Shown: in pieces, positions 23,094 to 24,000 of the stretch
How the letters are laid out: each line of letters opens with the position of its first letter
How positions within the stretch are numbered: the stretch's first letter is position 1
DNA from: an uncultured Acidobacteriota bacterium
GTDB taxonomy: Bacteria > Acidobacteriota > Blastocatellia > Pyrinomonadales > Pyrinomonadaceae
Assembly (NCBI GenBank): GCA_963748155.1
Contig: CAVVHV010000006.1
Coordinates: 562,648 to 586,647, forward strand
Direction of reading: 5' to 3'
DNA: 24,000 nucleotides
Position numbers and translations under genes: made by a program
The notes under the pieces: generated by a model
Databases searched by the model: none
Seen by the model: only the letters and a program-made list of their open reading frames with translations
What the model was told of the DNA's origin: nothing

Positions 23094-24000
23094 TCAAGGC
23101 AAAGCTGCTTTCCCCATTAACTGCGGCTGAGCCTCATTGGCAAATACCTCATTTCCTTTCTCAATGCAGGCGCGCATCTGTTGGCCCAGAACCCGCACGT
23201 ATGGCTCTATAACTATCTGGCCGTGGTGGCCCGGAACACGATAGATTTCGACTCGGTTCCGGCGAGAGCACGCCCCAGCCCATAGCTGGATCACCAAATG
23301 ACGGATGTTCCTCCATATGCTTGTAATACTCGACACCCACGTCAGTACTGCGGAATAGCGTTATCCGGTCCGGATAAACTCGCGGCTCGTATTTCCGGAC
23401 TGCTCGCCCATGATATTGATAAATCCTCAGCTTCCGACGTGCTTGTTGTAGTCTTCTTGGGTCGCTACCGAAGAGTTGAGTAGCTCTCAACTGATCCACA
23501 ACAAACTCCAGTTGGGCCTCGGCATTTTGCTGTCTAAATTCCTCCAGGGTGAGGGAAAGGTTTTTTCCACTGGCCTCGGCTGCCTCAGTGGCCCAGGCAA
23601 AGAGCACAGCGTCAGGGTCATGAGCGCGCTCATTCTCTTCGCGGTGAAAACTTGGCGCTATCGTATCTATGATCGCCAGCAAAGATACTGTCTGGTTCTG
23701 GTTGTATAACTGCTGGGCTATTTCAAAGGCCACAAATCCGCCAAACGACAATCCCCCGATTACATATGGTCCTTCCTGTTGGATTGAACGAATCTCATCG
23801 ACATAACGCGCAGCCATCTCTTCAATGGTTGTGTAAGGCTCGCGCTCTCCGTAACTTCCCACGGCTTGTAATCCATAGAAGGGTCGATCAGGAACGAATT
23901 GCCGCGCCAGATCAACCAGAGGGAGCACGGAACCGCCCGCCGCATGAACACAGAAAACCGGTGCTTTGGATCCACGCTGCTGAAGTGGAACCAGCGGCGC
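23094..24000 (-). pseudogene. Thioesterase domain (alpha/beta hydrolase, NRPS/PKS type), 5' end outside the window, one frame change near 23258
   Basis: The reading frame is open to base 24000 (APLVPLQQRGSKAPVFCVHAAGGSVLPLVDLARQF..DRPFYGLQA). The nucleophile elbow is GGLSFGG. The conserved C-terminus VEIYRVPGHHGQIVIEPYVRVLGQQM lies in the other tracked frame (23094-23336), so the true stop is at 23094, not 23161. Confidence 0.8.

Noticed and set aside
1-24000. Search for tRNA, rRNA, transposase/integrase, toxin-antitoxin or known defence-system genes
   Set aside because: I recognised no cloverleaf-compatible segment, rRNA-like stretch, DDE/tyrosine recombinase, nuclease-ATPase pair or small TA-like gene pair on either strand. 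The repeats found are non-autonomous.

Overview
High-GC bacterial chromosomal window. Its protein families and palindromic repeats look Acidobacteriota-like, but that assignment is from memory and no search was run. There are four blocks.
(1) 997-13229, + strand: an eleven-gene lipid operon, tightly coupled by 4-nt ATGA/GTGA start-stop overlaps. In order it encodes a fatty-acid desaturase, a CDP-archaeol-synthase-like (CarS/DUF46) protein, a ~890-aa PEP-utilising phosphotransferase, a short UbiA-like DDxxDxxxD membrane protein, a SAM methyltransferase, a PlsC-type acyltransferase, a fatty acyl-AMP ligase, an ACP, a thioester reductase, an APH-fold kinase and a PssA-like CDP-alcohol phosphatidyltransferase. 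This combines an ElbD-like ether-lipid module with homologues of consecutive archaeal phospholipid steps, and it is my main candidate for an undescribed system. About 18 single-base frame changes interrupt its long genes, so either it was recently pseudogenised or the assembly carries indel errors.
(2) 13411-15525, - strand: a fused EutB-EutC ethanolamine ammonia-lyase, convergent on the operon.
(3) 16062-18113, + strand: an AT-richer gene for a 683-aa cysteine-rich secreted protein, bracketed by two direct, near-identical copies of a ~215-bp nested-palindrome element.
(4) 18442-24000, - strand: the tail of an NRPS/PKS-type cluster. It holds a thioesterase domain (runs off the window, one frameshift), a two-domain unknown+MBL hydrolase, a tandem LTXXQ periplasmic protein and a cyclic-peptide-type ABC exporter.
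Three palindromic repeat families fill most of the larger intergenic gaps: CCACC..GGTGG REP/REPIN-like hairpins at three loci, the 215-bp element, and a 280-bp composite inside the operon. I recognised no rRNA, tRNA, CRISPR array, transposase or defence genes.
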